Source: Amoebophrya sp. A120 (lineage: Eukaryota > Protista > Dinoflagellata). Taken from it: a DNA stretch of 64,000 bases. Below, piece by piece: positions 12,201-24,200 of the stretch; within the stretch, counting starts at the first letter, position 1, and every line of letters begins with the position of its first letter. The position numbers and the translations under genes were made by a program. The stretch spans positions 11,368,542 to 11,432,541 of the forward strand of contig CAJINV010000004.1 of the NCBI GenBank assembly GCA_905178155.1, given 5' to 3'. The notes beneath the pieces are model-generated. The model searched no databases, was not told the DNA's origin, and saw only the letters and a program-made list of their open reading frames with translations.

Positions 12201-15200
12201 GAAATCCGTCGTCCTTGCAGTCAGTGCAGATTTCTGCGCCGTGCTGGGTGCACGCTGCGCCCTGGGCTGCCGTCCCGTGGGTGCAGGTGCAGGAGTTCTT
12301 CAGGCAACGGATGCCACTGCCTTGCGTCTCGAGCCGGTAGCCGTCGTGCTTACAGGTCTTGCAAATGTGCCCATTGTGTATCGCGCAATCCGTTCCGGTA
12401 GCCGCGTCCCCGTTGGTGCACGTGCATTGGTTCTCCTCGCACCGCGCTGCGCTGGTCAAATGGTAGCCGGGCTCATCGCAGTCAACACACTTGAGCTGAC
12501 CGCGCACCGGGCAGTCTGCCTGCATCGCTGCGTCGCCGTTATTGCACTGGCACTGGTTCTGCACGCAGCGCTCGTTGTCGAGATGGTACCCGGCCACCGT
12601 GCAGGTGGTGCATTTTTCGACCGGATTGCTGTTCACTGGCTTGCAGCCCGCACCCGACGCGGCGTGGCCATGCAAGCACGTGCACTCGTGCTCCTTGCAA
12701 ATACCGCCGTCCATGAAATGCACGTCGGTGTCGCTGCATGCCGTGCACTTCTCCTTGGGGTAACCGGCCTCCCCGGGTGCCGGACAATCTGGCCCCGTCG
12801 CAGCCGTACCATCGTCACACGAACACTCGTTCACCACGCACGCGTACTTACCGGTGGTTGCGTCGACTGCCACAGAGTGGTATCCGCTGTCGCACTCGCC
12901 ATCGAGACACCCTGGGGTCTGGCCGTCGGCATCACACTCCGCGCCGGTCAGCGGCTCTCCGTGCGGGCACGCACAATCGTGTAGCGCACAGGTGATTCCC
13001 TCCGTAGCCCCGTCTTCTTTCGCGCAAAGGTCCCCACTACCCCATTCGGTGATGCCGTCAACATCCGTGCCGGGCGAGCGTGGCGTGATCACACTGTAAA
13101 CCCGGGTCCGGGTCTCTCCGGCACCCGTACACTGTTGCTGCAGCTTATTCCTCCACGCACCAGTGACGTCCCACTGCCCGACGCAGTCCGTTGGGCAGGT
13201 GATGGCTTCTTTCGCACCATCCGCGGCTTCGCAAGCCTGTCCCCCGTTCTGGCTTGGGGTCGTGACGGTGTACGTCCTCTCGCGTGTGGCACCGTCACCC
13301 GTGCACTGTTGCTCTAGCGTGTCGATGTCAGCAACACTCCAGTGGCCCTCGCAGTCGATCACCTCTAACTCGCAGCCTTCCATGCGTAACTGTTCCCCCG
13401 GCCCGTCACAAAAAAATTCCGGGTCCGCCCCCGTCCAAACGCCGGCCTTGCAGGTGACCTCGTTGGGCCTCGCGATCGCCACCGGCGTGACGTCAGCAGC
13501 CGGGACTGCCGACCCCGTCCAGATGCACGCCCTATCACACGACCCGCCCATGCCGAGGCAGACGCCCTGCGCGCCATCGCTTGTGCGCGTTGCCACCAGC
13601 TCCTCCACGGTGCAGAGCCGGCGGTTCCCATGCTGCTTGCAGATCCGCACCGCTTCGTCGTAAGTCTTCAAGACGTTGTCCTCACACATCTGCTTCCCTT
13701 CCAGAGTGGGCGTGACGCAGTCAACCTTATTCCCGGCGACAGCCAGATACTTCCAATAATTGAAGGACGACGTGACCTGGCCCTCATCTCCGCAGCACCG
13801 AAAGGGAAAAAGCCCATTTCCTCTGCTCACTGCAACACTGGGACTCGCCGCCCGCCCGTCTTTGCTACACTGTGTAGCAAAGACGGAAAGCATGTTGTCT
13901 AAATTCTGCGCGGAGCCGCGCCGCACAAAAATCTCCGTCGGCGGCAGCGCGTCTTCCTCCGCCCGCAACCACGCTAGCCAGCTGAAACCGGCACTCACAC
14001 TCAACTTTGCAGTGGCCGCGGCCGCCGGGGGTTGGCACCCTGCACGACAGCAGCTCGAACGGCACTGCACTTGCGGCCAGCCGGAGGCGAATGCATCCGT
14101 CAGGCCTTCGCAAAGCCGGTCCGCGGGCGAAGGAACGAACGCGGAGGGCCCTGCCAGTGCGTCGCAATTCTGGTCACTGCTGGGGCCGCACGTGGGAAGG
14201 CAAGAGGTTTCGCTGGCCGTCGGGTAGTGCGGAAAGAGCGCAAATTTTTGGTCGTCGTTGCACTTTTTGCAGTGCTGTGCGTTGTGGGCACCGCAGGAGC
14301 TGCCCTCGTCGACCTCCCCGTTGCTACAAAGACACTGGGTCGTGGTGGTGGTGGTGGTCGTCGTCGTACGGTATCAAACAACAAAGAAGTACACCCTCCC
14401 ATACGACCATACTCGGATCATCATCTTCATTTTTGTTTGCCATGCATTCTTCTATTTTCATTTTTCTGATATCAAGAGCCCTTCGAATTTTTCCAGTTTC
14501 AGAAGCGCTTCCTGCCCGGAATTGGTCCGCACGTGTGCCTGGTCTCGTTCTGGTCGAGGTTTACCACCACGGTATCAATGTGTTGTAGGCCCGCCAGCAT
14601 ATAGGTGCTGCAAATAAAAAACCCTCCTTACCAAAAAGTCAGTAGAGGACTCAGATTCACATATTTTTGCGGTGAAAAACCCACACCAAGTTGCAGTAAA
14701 AGCCGGAGCGGAATACGACAATCAGTGATGTTTACTTGAGTAGAGAGATGGCGGCCGGCGCGCGTTCTCTGAACTGTGAAGCTGCGACTATCTACGCTTC
14801 ACGCACCTTCGCTGCGTCAGCTGGATAAGGCCGACGCGATTTTATTTCACACACTTCCAAAAAAAAACAGCACGCCCCCTGTGCTATGAAAAAATGATGC
14901 CTCTTTGATTCGGTTCTGCCTCGTCTGGTCGAAGCCTGGTCTTGCAGGAGGACTCTGGTGCTGCCGTCTCTTGTGCGTGCGGTATCCTGCAAGAAAAATG
15001 ACGCCTAAGATCTTCTCGAATTTATTTGCTAGGTGGATGAACAAGCCGCATTCTATCATTTGCCTAAAAATCTTCTGTGCGGCCTGTGCAGTTTTAGCAG
15101 GGGGTGATGACTACAAAGCCAGCACGATATAATTTTTTTGAGCGCGAGAAGCTTTGCACAGCACCACGGCATCGGCACTAGATCTCCTGTAATACATTTT

Positions 15201-17601
15201 TTGGTTAACATGCCAGAATCTAAACGATTGCATCTAAACTTTCAGACCTAAACGAATAGGCGTCGAAACGATCGCCCGCGGGTCTAAACTATCAACGCGA
15301 CGTCGCGAGCCTTGCTGGGATTGCAGTCCGCCTGTGCTTTCTTGTTGTCGGAGACTGGACGACAGGAGAGGGGCCGCAATGGTGGCGAGAAGCAACCAAA
15401 AGGAGGCAGAGGGGGAAAGAGTCGAGGAAGGGGAACCGCAGGGGGGCCGGCGAAATACAGCGAGAGAGAGAGTCGTCGGCCAGGGCAGCCGCCGCCGGCC
15501 GGCCGGCCGGCGGCGGCTGCCCTGGCCGACGACAAGAAACCCCAAACCCTAGACCCAAAACCCTAACCCTTGAACCGTTTTCACTTTTGTATGCAAAGTT
15601 GAGAAGTTTAGAGACCTTTCCAAACGTTTACGCGTTTGGTCCAAACGTTTAGTTCCGGGGGTGCAGTTTAGATTCTGGTATGTTAACCACATTTTTTCAT
15701 CGTCTACCTTCTGTTCCTAGTACACATTTTCACAACCTGCAAGAGGGCACTAAGATGCAAACACAATCAACAAACATTCTCGAACTTAAGCGTGGTTCTG
15801 CTTTGCAACTGCAGGGGGAATATAGTCGCCATTGATTATCAGTATTTTAACTGTTCCCTATGCACATTTCTGTTTGTCGTGTTACCCGCAGCGGCCTTTC
15901 GTCCCCGTCCCCGCAGTGCAAGTTTGAGTTTTGCGCGTGTCCTTCTCCCCCTCCCAATACTGCATAGGGTGGACGTACTTATTCGTATTCGCAGTCTGCG
16001 TTTTATCGCATAGAGAGACCACATGGCGGCTGTGGCTCTCAACATCGCAGTACACTCACCACAACACTCACGATCGCAGCCACTTAGGACTATGCATAGT
16101 TGGAGCTCACCACTGAGTCCGGATGAATCGGATGAATGATATTCCGGATGAAATCACGATGAGAATGCCTGGAGAGTCAACGATAGTAGCGAAAAACAGT
16201 ACAAGAGCTATGCTGGGTGTACTTTTCTACATTTGATACGGCGTAGCTCGGAGCGAACATACCGCTCTTGTCCCAACATTTACACTCATACCCCTTATCC
16301 CAACGAAAAAAACTAGCTGCGCATCATATTCGTATAAATAAAAACGCAAAAATGAATACACAAGAAATAGAAAACGATCTGCGTTGCTTGCCTTCAACAG
16401 CATTCTAAGGTGCTTCTACCCACCACGGAGATAATTATTCTCCCACCTCATTTTTGCATAGTAAACACAAACAAACATGATATGCTGGGCTTTCTCTGAA
16501 GGGTATCCCTGGGGCTGGTAGAAGCAGCTCCACGCGTCATAACGATGTTTGCAGATGGTGGTGCCACAACTGATTCGGCTCCCGGCCGTATAACTCCAAT
16601 CCACAGTGCCTTTTACGCACTTGACCGACTTCCCTACTGCGGTCTGCTCGTTCACATACGTGGTGAACCAAGCGCGCTCCTGCTCGGAAATCTTGCTTCT
16701 GGCATGTATTTCGAGAAAGGGGCGGCTAGGCTTCTTCGGCAGATGAAGTGCTTTTTCGGTTTCTTGCTCAACACCAAGAGCATCGTCTTCGTCTTTGTCA
16801 TCTTCTTCGCCTTCCGACCTCGTACCATCCTTCCTCCGTGGACCATCACCAAGACGTCGCTGTTGTGCCAGTACAACTTATCGCAAGGAAAAATCCCCCC
16901 TCCCCATATCGAAAAGAAAATTTGTGATGCTTTTTTGTGATGCTGATTTGTGGCCACAAGTCAACAGCTTTGTCTTGCGTACAAGGCAAACGACACCCAT
17001 GTGGCGCATTGTATAGCGAGTCTGTCACGCGTTTTCATCTATGTCAGACTTGTTTCTCATGCTCAGCTGCTAGCCGGATGCGTACCCAAATGGCCTTAGA
17101 ATCAATATGCCGACAAGCTCTTGCTGCAATACAAAGTTCATTTGTGTACACAAATCCAGCAAAACAAATTTTCTTTGGAATGTGGGGTGGAGGCTTTTTT
17201 CACTTTGATACAACTTCACGCCGGTGTACCGCGTACGCGCCGACAAGTGTTCGCGGAGGCACATGCAGTGCTTGAAACATATCATCTGCAAAAATGTCTG
17301 GGTCTGGAAGAACGCAAGATTTGTCATGCATATTTCTCATGACCCATGATGCCTGTAATGCATGACCTAGCATCGCAGACTTTTAGAGGGCTTCTTGATG
17401 CACCTCCCGCCTGAGAAATGCCCTGTCCGTATAGCACAAATTGTGCCCCTCTTGCTGGTCATGCAATACAATTTTTTTTAGAGTCCAAAAACAGCATGAC
17501 AAGTTGCAATCTTCCAGACCCAGACATTTTTGCATTTGATAAAACAGGAGCCAGTGCCAAACTTGGCCAAGGGCGAGGGAAGTCGGCACGCGCCACACCA
17601 T
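6278..17601 (-). CDS. Giant secreted Cys-rich repeat protein (about 37-aa six-Cys repeats, two spondin/TSP1-like modules); multi-exon, 3' end beyond the window
   Basis: ATG 17601 MVWRVPTSLALGQVWHWLLFQAL (signal-like). Exons approximately 17601-17542, 17279-17211, 16878-16506, 16295-16239, unresolved exons in 14480-16000, 14371-11182, 10826-10536, 10094-10025, 9759-9723, 8608-7074, 6825-6705, 6369-6278. The joins rebuild the CxC-x2-G-x2-ATG-x2-C...CxxC...GY repeat. Confidence 0.85.
6370..6704. mobile_element. Decayed TAT..ATA intronic element (ACA end)
   Basis: Sense DR aaatc/aaaga; join FQNICSC. Confidence 0.7.
6826..7073. mobile_element. TAT..ATA intronic element
   Basis: Exact DR ccgtt; join CDNGVQAG. 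Confidence 0.85.
8609..9722. mobile_element. TAT..ATA intronic element with internal GC-rich insertion
   Basis: Sense DR gggcc/ggacc; join ATGPAC. Confidence 0.8.
8880..9181. repeat. Two diverged ~135-bp GC-rich direct repeats within an intronic insertion
   Basis: aacgct.tcccgca.gctat...aaatcgggccca.agc.tgcgggtt.gctt at about 8880 and 9047. Confidence 0.7.
9760..10024. mobile_element. Decayed TAT..ATA intronic element
   Basis: Sense DR aatgc/tctgc; join QNQCTC. Confidence 0.75.
10095..10535. mobile_element. Decayed family A intronic element
   Basis: Sense DR catgc/catgt; join SHMCSEC. Confidence 0.85.
10827..11181. mobile_element. Family D intronic element (TAA start)
   Basis: Exact DR gtgga; AAACGTCCCC TIR; join TVHQGNIC. 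Confidence 0.85.
14372..14471. mobile_element. Short decayed TAT..ATA intron
   Basis: Sense DR cttga/ccgta; frame restored into the poly-Thr stretch. Confidence 0.65.
15203..15688. mobile_element. Mutator-like MITE in an intron
   Basis: 23-bp TIR GGTTAACATRCCAGAATCTAAAC and 9-bp duplication ACATTTTTT on both sides. Confidence 0.88.
15472..15533. repeat. Perfect 62-bp spacerless GC-rich palindrome
   Basis: GTCGTCGGCCAGGGCAGCCGCCGCCGGCCGG followed by its exact reverse complement. Confidence 0.95.
16296..16505. mobile_element. Decayed intronic element (TAC start)
   Basis: Sense DR aggga/agggg; join PQGYECKC. Confidence 0.72.
16879..17210. mobile_element. Family B intronic element
   Basis: TIR TATC..AAGGAAAAATCCCCCCTCCCCAT; exact DR caact. 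Confidence 0.9.
17280..17541. mobile_element. Family A intronic element
   Basis: TIR TATCA.ATGCAAAAATGTCTGGGTCTGGAAG; exact DR aaaca. Confidence 0.93.
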
Positions 17602-18206
17602 TGGCTTTGGCACTTTAAGTACCTATAGTTCTTTTGCTGTAGTGAGTAGATCGCTGTCATCTATCCATCATGTGAAAAGCAACCAAGTAACACGACATTA
17701 TACGCAGGCAAATATTGGCACCAAGCAAGCTGAGTAGAATTTTTGTAGAGTAAGAATCTTCACGCTTCAACCAGTTTTAACTTTTTCCCAAGTTTTAATT
17801 TTTTTTCAAAAAAATACACCTGTATAGCTTTTGCGTGTAACAGTATTGGGAAAAGAACGCTCAGACTGTACGACTTCAAAACAAAATGAATTGAGTTGTA
17901 GTTCTAGTTCTTCAAGCGCTAACGACCCCAGTATGTAGCTGAGAACCTATTCGCAGAGTGTGCTGTGACTTGTGTACGTACACCTTTTCCCTTTACTATT
18001 CTACCTACGTACGTGATCATGACCTCGCAGCCGGAGCCCTCTGTCGCACTGTCGCTTAACTTTTACTGTCCCTACGAAGCACTTGAGCAGACGGAAGAAC
18101 TCTGTATTGCAGTTGGACCAGCTATTGCCATGCACACTTCTTTTTACAAGCAGACATGCATAGACGAGTATGGTCGTAGTGTGTGGTTGTACTTTTGTGC
18201 GGAATA

Positions 18207-21200
18207 TGACCAGTACGCTATCAACGTGAAAAGTGCCCCTACCCCAGACTTAAAGTTGGTGATGCAAGCAATATAAAAACAGCTGCAAGAAGAAAAAGTA
18301 TCTTTATCAGAATGGCAATGGCAAATCTTCGACCCAGAAGTATAACACGAAGACGAAGCTGTATTGCGCAAAACCGAATTATAAGCGACATCCATCGCGT
18401 TGAGCTTGTTCTTCACGATAAGCACTTACTCTTGCAAAAGTGGCCAAGATTCTGCAATTGAATGCAGCGCATTGATGTCACTTTCATGCATGCAGCAATA
18501 CAAAAAGTTTTCATGTAAATAAAGGAAAGTATGCAACATACAAAACCTTGGAACTTCTGTGGGCGGGACAGTTTTCAATACGATAGACGCACTCGTGTTG
18601 CAAAAACGGTATTGCTATCCAGTGCAAAACAAAATGTCTGGGTCCGGAAGGACACGTACTTGTCACACAAACTCATTCTGTATCACGCAGAAATTTGTGT
18701 TGCATGAGCGCCAAAACTTTTTCAGTTTTTGCAACGCAAGCAGAAGCACCCAGTTTCTCATGCTGGACGGGCTTCAAGAGACCTGGACAAAAATTGATGT
18801 AGATGTATATGCTTTTGCGTGTACTATTCCAGAGCATCTGTTCTGCGTGATCCGAAGGATGCATGATAAATAACTCGAACTCCTGCAATCTTCCAGGCCC
18901 AGACATATAAATAAATTTGAAATGCATAAGCGCCGCGGAATCGGTCTCCAATTTGTCCGACAAGGGAAACCCGTCCTGCTATGCTGCGTAAAAACGTTCC
19001 CACTCCAGACTTGTCATGCCAAACAAAATGCAGCACACTTTGCCCCCCCATTGCACCATGGCCGCAGATGGCTTGACGCATCATGCAAATCTGCAAGCCT
19101 CAAATCTTGTTTCCCATACATACTTATTAGCCCCATGTTGAGCAGCATTTCCTAGTATTGCAGTCTGGCAGTTTGTCATGCTGAAATCAGGATAGGATGA
19201 TCGAGCTGTGATGCGGTTTCACAGGCTAAACAGCATCACACTACAAGAGCAAGCTTGTTATGCGCAACACACAACAAAGTGCAAGCGTGTCATGCGCAAC
19301 ATCAACTCTGCGGTGCGAACGTTTTATTTCACTTTTGATACCTGCACCGCTCCACACTCGACGGGCTGCCCACTTTCGCCCTTCTTGCAGCAGGCTATCC
19401 TCAGGAAAAACGTCCCCGTCCCATAGTCAGCCAGGGAACTCTGCTACACAAGTCCAGAAGCGCATTTGAGACTTTCCACGCACGACAACGAACTCTGGGC
19501 ATTCACTGTGCTATACAGTAGAGGTGCCTAGCTGATAAAGCCGCATGGCCGCACCAGATATCACCTGTCCTGTGTTGATTAGAGCATGACAAGTGAAGAT
19601 CATCATGATGTCCACATAGGAACATTCATAAAGTCGCTCTCGTGGCGAGTCGCATTACACATGTTCTGGCGGGCATCAGTAGCGGCAGGGGCAGCATGCA
19701 GATTTGCATGACGAATATGGGCGGGTGCTGACATCATTTTTACCCCGAATACAGGCTCCGACCAGCTTGCTGGGTCCGTCCGGACAGAATCCCGGACAAA
19801 GTCCCGGTGAGGCGCATTTTCCAGACCCGAGACAGGACTCGTAGTCGCGCACCCACGTCGGTACGGCCACACAGGAGCGGTAGCCGGCAGGTTTACTCTG
19901 CCAGTTGTCCAGGTACCAGGCAGTCACAGACTTCTGTACACTCCAGTCCTTCAGGGCCGTGATAATCTTACATTCCCGCGGGTCGTCCTCGTGCCACTGG
20001 CCGTTTAGCTGACCGTCCGTCGAGATCCAGTGGCAGCACGCGCCTTCAAAGAGCGCAAAATCCTTTCCCCCGTTCACGCTGCAGGCGTTGCAGTATCCGG
20101 ACTCGTCGGGCGAGCAGTCCGCAACCCCGCCGCACGCCATGTGCCCGTCAGAAATCTGGTCCGGATCCGCAGCGACGACTCGAATGCGCAGCCGCTGCCC
20201 GAGCGGACTCGGCTTCTTTGCCCGTGACACCGCAACGAAGCTGAGCGTGACGCACTCGTGGTAGTAGTAGTCTTCTGGCGAGGGCGTAGGCGCCTGCCCG
20301 GCGATCGGGAAGGAGCGGGCGCGGGCGCACGACCCCGGCCCGGCGGCGTCCCCCTTCAAGCAGCAGGCCGTTTCCCAGGCGGGCTCGCCGGCTGACCGGA
20401 CGTTTGCGCAGCTGCTGCAAACCCCGGCGGCACCGCCACACTTCGGCAGGCACGTGGGTACCGCGTGGCACGCGGGCGCCGCCGTGTACTTCCCCTGGGT
20501 CAGGCCCGTTTCGTAAGCGTTACTGAGGAAGAGAGCCGGGTCCGCGCCCAGGGCCACGTCCTCGTTCAGCAGGTTGCACTCCGGAGAAAGCTGCTGCCCG
20601 CCGCCAACCACGAAGGCTCGGTCCCCGACCGTTCGGCTCGGGTCGTAAGTGCAGCACATCCCTTTTTTCTCCGCCGGCAGCTCCTCGGCGGCACCGGGCA
20701 GGGCCCCCGGGCCGGAAAGGCTGCACTTGTCGCAGAACCCATCGCTGCACGCTGGGCCCCCCGCGGGGGTTGATGGGTCCGCGCAGTGCAGGGGCACGTA
20801 GGGCTTTGTCCAGGGGCAGTCTATCAAATGTAAAAATGTCTGGGTCTGGAAGATTCTGCGACTTGTGATGCATGTCTGACATGAGTCGAGAATCTGTGAT
20901 GCGTGGGCACGAACCGGCTCTCCTATCTGTCATGCAAAAACGCAGTTTCTCATGCGGAATACGCAACACGTAGCCGCTCAAGAATTTGTCATGCTTGGCT
21001 GCGTATTGCAGTCCGGGCATCATCCACTTTTAGCATTACAAGTTTCCAGACCCAGACATTTTTGCATTTGATACAGTCTGCCTCCGAGCAAGTGATGTCC
21101 ACTCCAGCGTCGGTACCAGAGGAGCTGTATCCTGCAAAAAAAACACAGCACACCCACAGTAACAGAAAGACAATTGAACTCGTGTTGCGCGTTCCGGTGT

Positions 21201-24200
21201 CTCGACGTTGATATCTATAAGCGTAGTTGAGATGCTTGTGGTACAACCAACTATTTTTTTCATGTGATGCATCTCTTCTCTTCGTCGTCGCTAGAGCAAA
21301 TTCCAAACTGCATCTTCCTGCATGGCCACCTCCAAATAATGCATCTTTTTTGGTTTCCGCATTCATTGGAGTGAGCATTTTGAGGGACGCAAATTTAGCA
21401 TGCAAGACCTTTAGCATTTTTTTACTTTCTGGTATAGGACGCAAATTCATTTTTTTACTTTCTGGTATAGATGTCCCGGTGAGAATGACAAGACCCTTCA
21501 TCTACAACACACAGAAATAAGCAACAACATTCATTTTTGTCTAGTATCAAGGTGCACTTTATTAATTTCAGTAGGATAATGTGATCGCGTCCGGAATCTC
21601 AACGTCGCATCCGCTGGACAGTTCCAAGTGGCCACCGGCGGAGGAACAGGAGAATTTTGGCTGTCCCCCGTCCGCGCTCTCGAATTTATCGGGCTTGCAG
21701 TTCACGTTGTCCAGCACCACAGCAGCTGCGCCCGGTTTAAGCTTCATGTCGATCAGATGGTCCTTCCATCCGCCCCAGGTGCCGCTCTGGTCTAGCCTCG
21801 CCAGGGCCGCCGCGTTTGGAACTTTGCAGCCTTCCCAGCAGCAACCCGCTTTGCACTCGTCTTTGGGGTAGGAACCATCGATGATATCCTGATTGGTACC
21901 GGACAAATTAGGGCAACGACGGTTAACATTGGTAGACGCGATGAAGTAAACCCCCGAGCCATTCGGTTGCGGGCAATCCTGATTGGCCGCATCCCCACAC
22001 TTCGGCCAGCAGGCGGCTTCATCCGAGTCGGGAAAGTTATCACGCTTTATCCAGGGATAATTGCAGGATGCGCACTTGTACGCTCCATGTCGGTTGCACG
22101 TCGTAGACACCGTCCCGTGCGGGCACAGGCACTCCTGCTTGTCGCATCCGCTCGTCAGGGTGAGAGCCTGGCCCGCTACCTTGCACTGGAACCTGGGTGC
22201 GTTCCCCCCCCATTTGCCGTCGCAGCCGACCTATCCAACAAAAAAACCGTCGCACCAGTCGCAAAGTACCTTCTGGGCACTCAGGAACATCACAAAATTG
22301 GGAACGAGGATATCAGAAGTCTCTGATGCCTGGCTGACAAGAGACTCCTGGATAAAAATCCGCCCTTTGCTCGCTTCTTACGGTGTGCGAGTAACTGTCT
22401 AAAGTATGCAGCTAATGAATCCTGAGAGTAAATCCTTTGCGAAAGTTCGAGAGAACTAACACACTACTACGAAAATAAAAAACCTTCAATAATCAAAGAA
22501 GAAGAAGTGGAGACTGAGTCATAGACAGTTTTTTTTGTTGTGATACAACGCCGAAAATGCCCAAGGGGCCATGTTCGCCCGGTTCAAATTTCTCTTTTCG
22601 CAGCTCGTTTGCCATCCAACAGAAAAGCAGAGCCGTAGTACCAGAAATAAAGAAATGTTGCTCTGTTCCTGTCCCAAAACAAAGCCCTGTAACCGCAAGG
22701 AGAACTACTGCCTGTCGTGCAGAATGCACTTTATACAACTTTGTTTGTCGGCTAGAGGGGTACCAAAAAAATTTGCAATGCTGAACAGCTGCCAACAAGG
22801 CCTTTTTTTTAACTTTCAGCAAAACAGCATAAGCAGGCAAATTTATATTTCTTTCTTTTTTTCTTTTGCAAATTCGAAGTGGATGGGCATGCTTTTCTGT
22901 AGAGTATCTGCCCATCCCGTCCAGGTTGCGGCTCGGTTTAATTTCGCAAGAGCTGCCGTGTCCGGCACTTTGCACCCCTGCCGACAGCAAGCTGTGGCAC
23001 ACCCGAATTTAATGCCAAAATAGCCAGTGCCTGCAAAAAAATCGGCGCTTGTTGAAGATTCCAGAATGTGACGGGAGAAAACGCTCCCCACGGAATGATC
23101 ATCGCAGCGCACGTCCGGGTCCGAGGGGATCCGGTACACTCCCCCTATTTATTCTCTGCAAAAGTCCTATCGGACTGGCACACATCAAAATTGCGGCACA
23201 GCAGTAGCAATCTGCTTTCTTATTCTTTTTCCTTCTCTCAGCATAACAAGTTCGTCTGCAAAAATGCTTGCCGCGCTTATACTAGTGCGATAGTGCTTTT
23301 GCAATGCATACGGATTCCGTACTGGCGCAGTTCTGCTGCGCCTCGGACCCACAGGCAGGATAGCAACCCGTGTTCTGATCTCGTCCGGCGTTAAATATCC
23401 TACAGAAAATGAAAAGCACACCACATTGCAGAATAAATAAGTATAAATTGAAGTTAGTTTTTTATCTAAACAAAAAAACGGCTTTTGTCTGTTCAGCATC
23501 TATCACAAATCTTCGTGCTACCTCAACCTGTACTCTGGTTCCACGACTTTTCTGCATAGTTGTAGTCTCAGTTATACATGCAAAGTTTTCATCGCCCGTC
23601 ATCTTCCGGACCAGAAACAGAATCACAAAGATTCTTGCGCCATAAAAACAGCGATGCAGATGCACATCTACTTTTTTTTCTGGTATGATTGTACTTTTCC
23701 TTTTCTGCTGAATATCAAACTGGGGCTGGCCGTCACCAAGGAACGACGTCGAGGGCCACCCGACGCGCTTCACCATGTGCTGCGTCTGGCCGTCCGAAGC
23801 CACCACGCCCGTATGGCAAGAAAAAACTGCTTCACTGTGAACTTGTGATGCAGAGAATGCCACACACTAGAGGTGTTTTTCTTGCTAGAAAGGGATCAGC
23901 TTTAGCCGTGTCTTCCCCAGGAGAGCACGCATGGCGAATTTTCTTTGTCATATGCAGCGAAACTTGTAATGCAGATCTACGATCAAAATCGTCGCACTAA
24001 AACAGTTTTTTCGTGGGATAGTCTGAACAGGAGGCGCAGTGTTGCGCTTGGTGGAAGGGACACTATCGAATGCAAAAATGTCTGGTGTTCTGGAGACAAG
24101 ACCTCGATACAGCACAGAGAAAAGAACGACTTATATCAGCATCATATTTATTGCGCGTGGCCTTGTTGCTGGTTCTTCATCGTCTTATTTATATTTACCT

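Noticed and set aside
11404-12984. Long plus-strand ORFs (also 56092-57855 and 7097-7876)
   Set aside because: They are antisense shadows of GC-rich minus-strand coding exons with no recognisable motifs.
14480-16238. Exact exon structure of this part of the Cys-repeat gene
   Set aside because: Several element ends are visible (16238, 14983, 14573), but I could not pair them unambiguously.
19676-19751. Stop at 19676 as the end of the large secreted gene
   Set aside because: It lies inside element 19396-19751 (exact caggc repeat), and coding exons continue to at least 18214.
20817-21078. Model in which ATA plus G forms an AG acceptor, or G plus TAT forms a GT donor
   Set aside because: Only roughly a third of the repeats have G at either position, and mismatched repeats favour a different register.
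22313-22404. Extra exon suggested by TAT/ATA triplets
   Set aside because: The frame fits only with one intron at 22232-22545.
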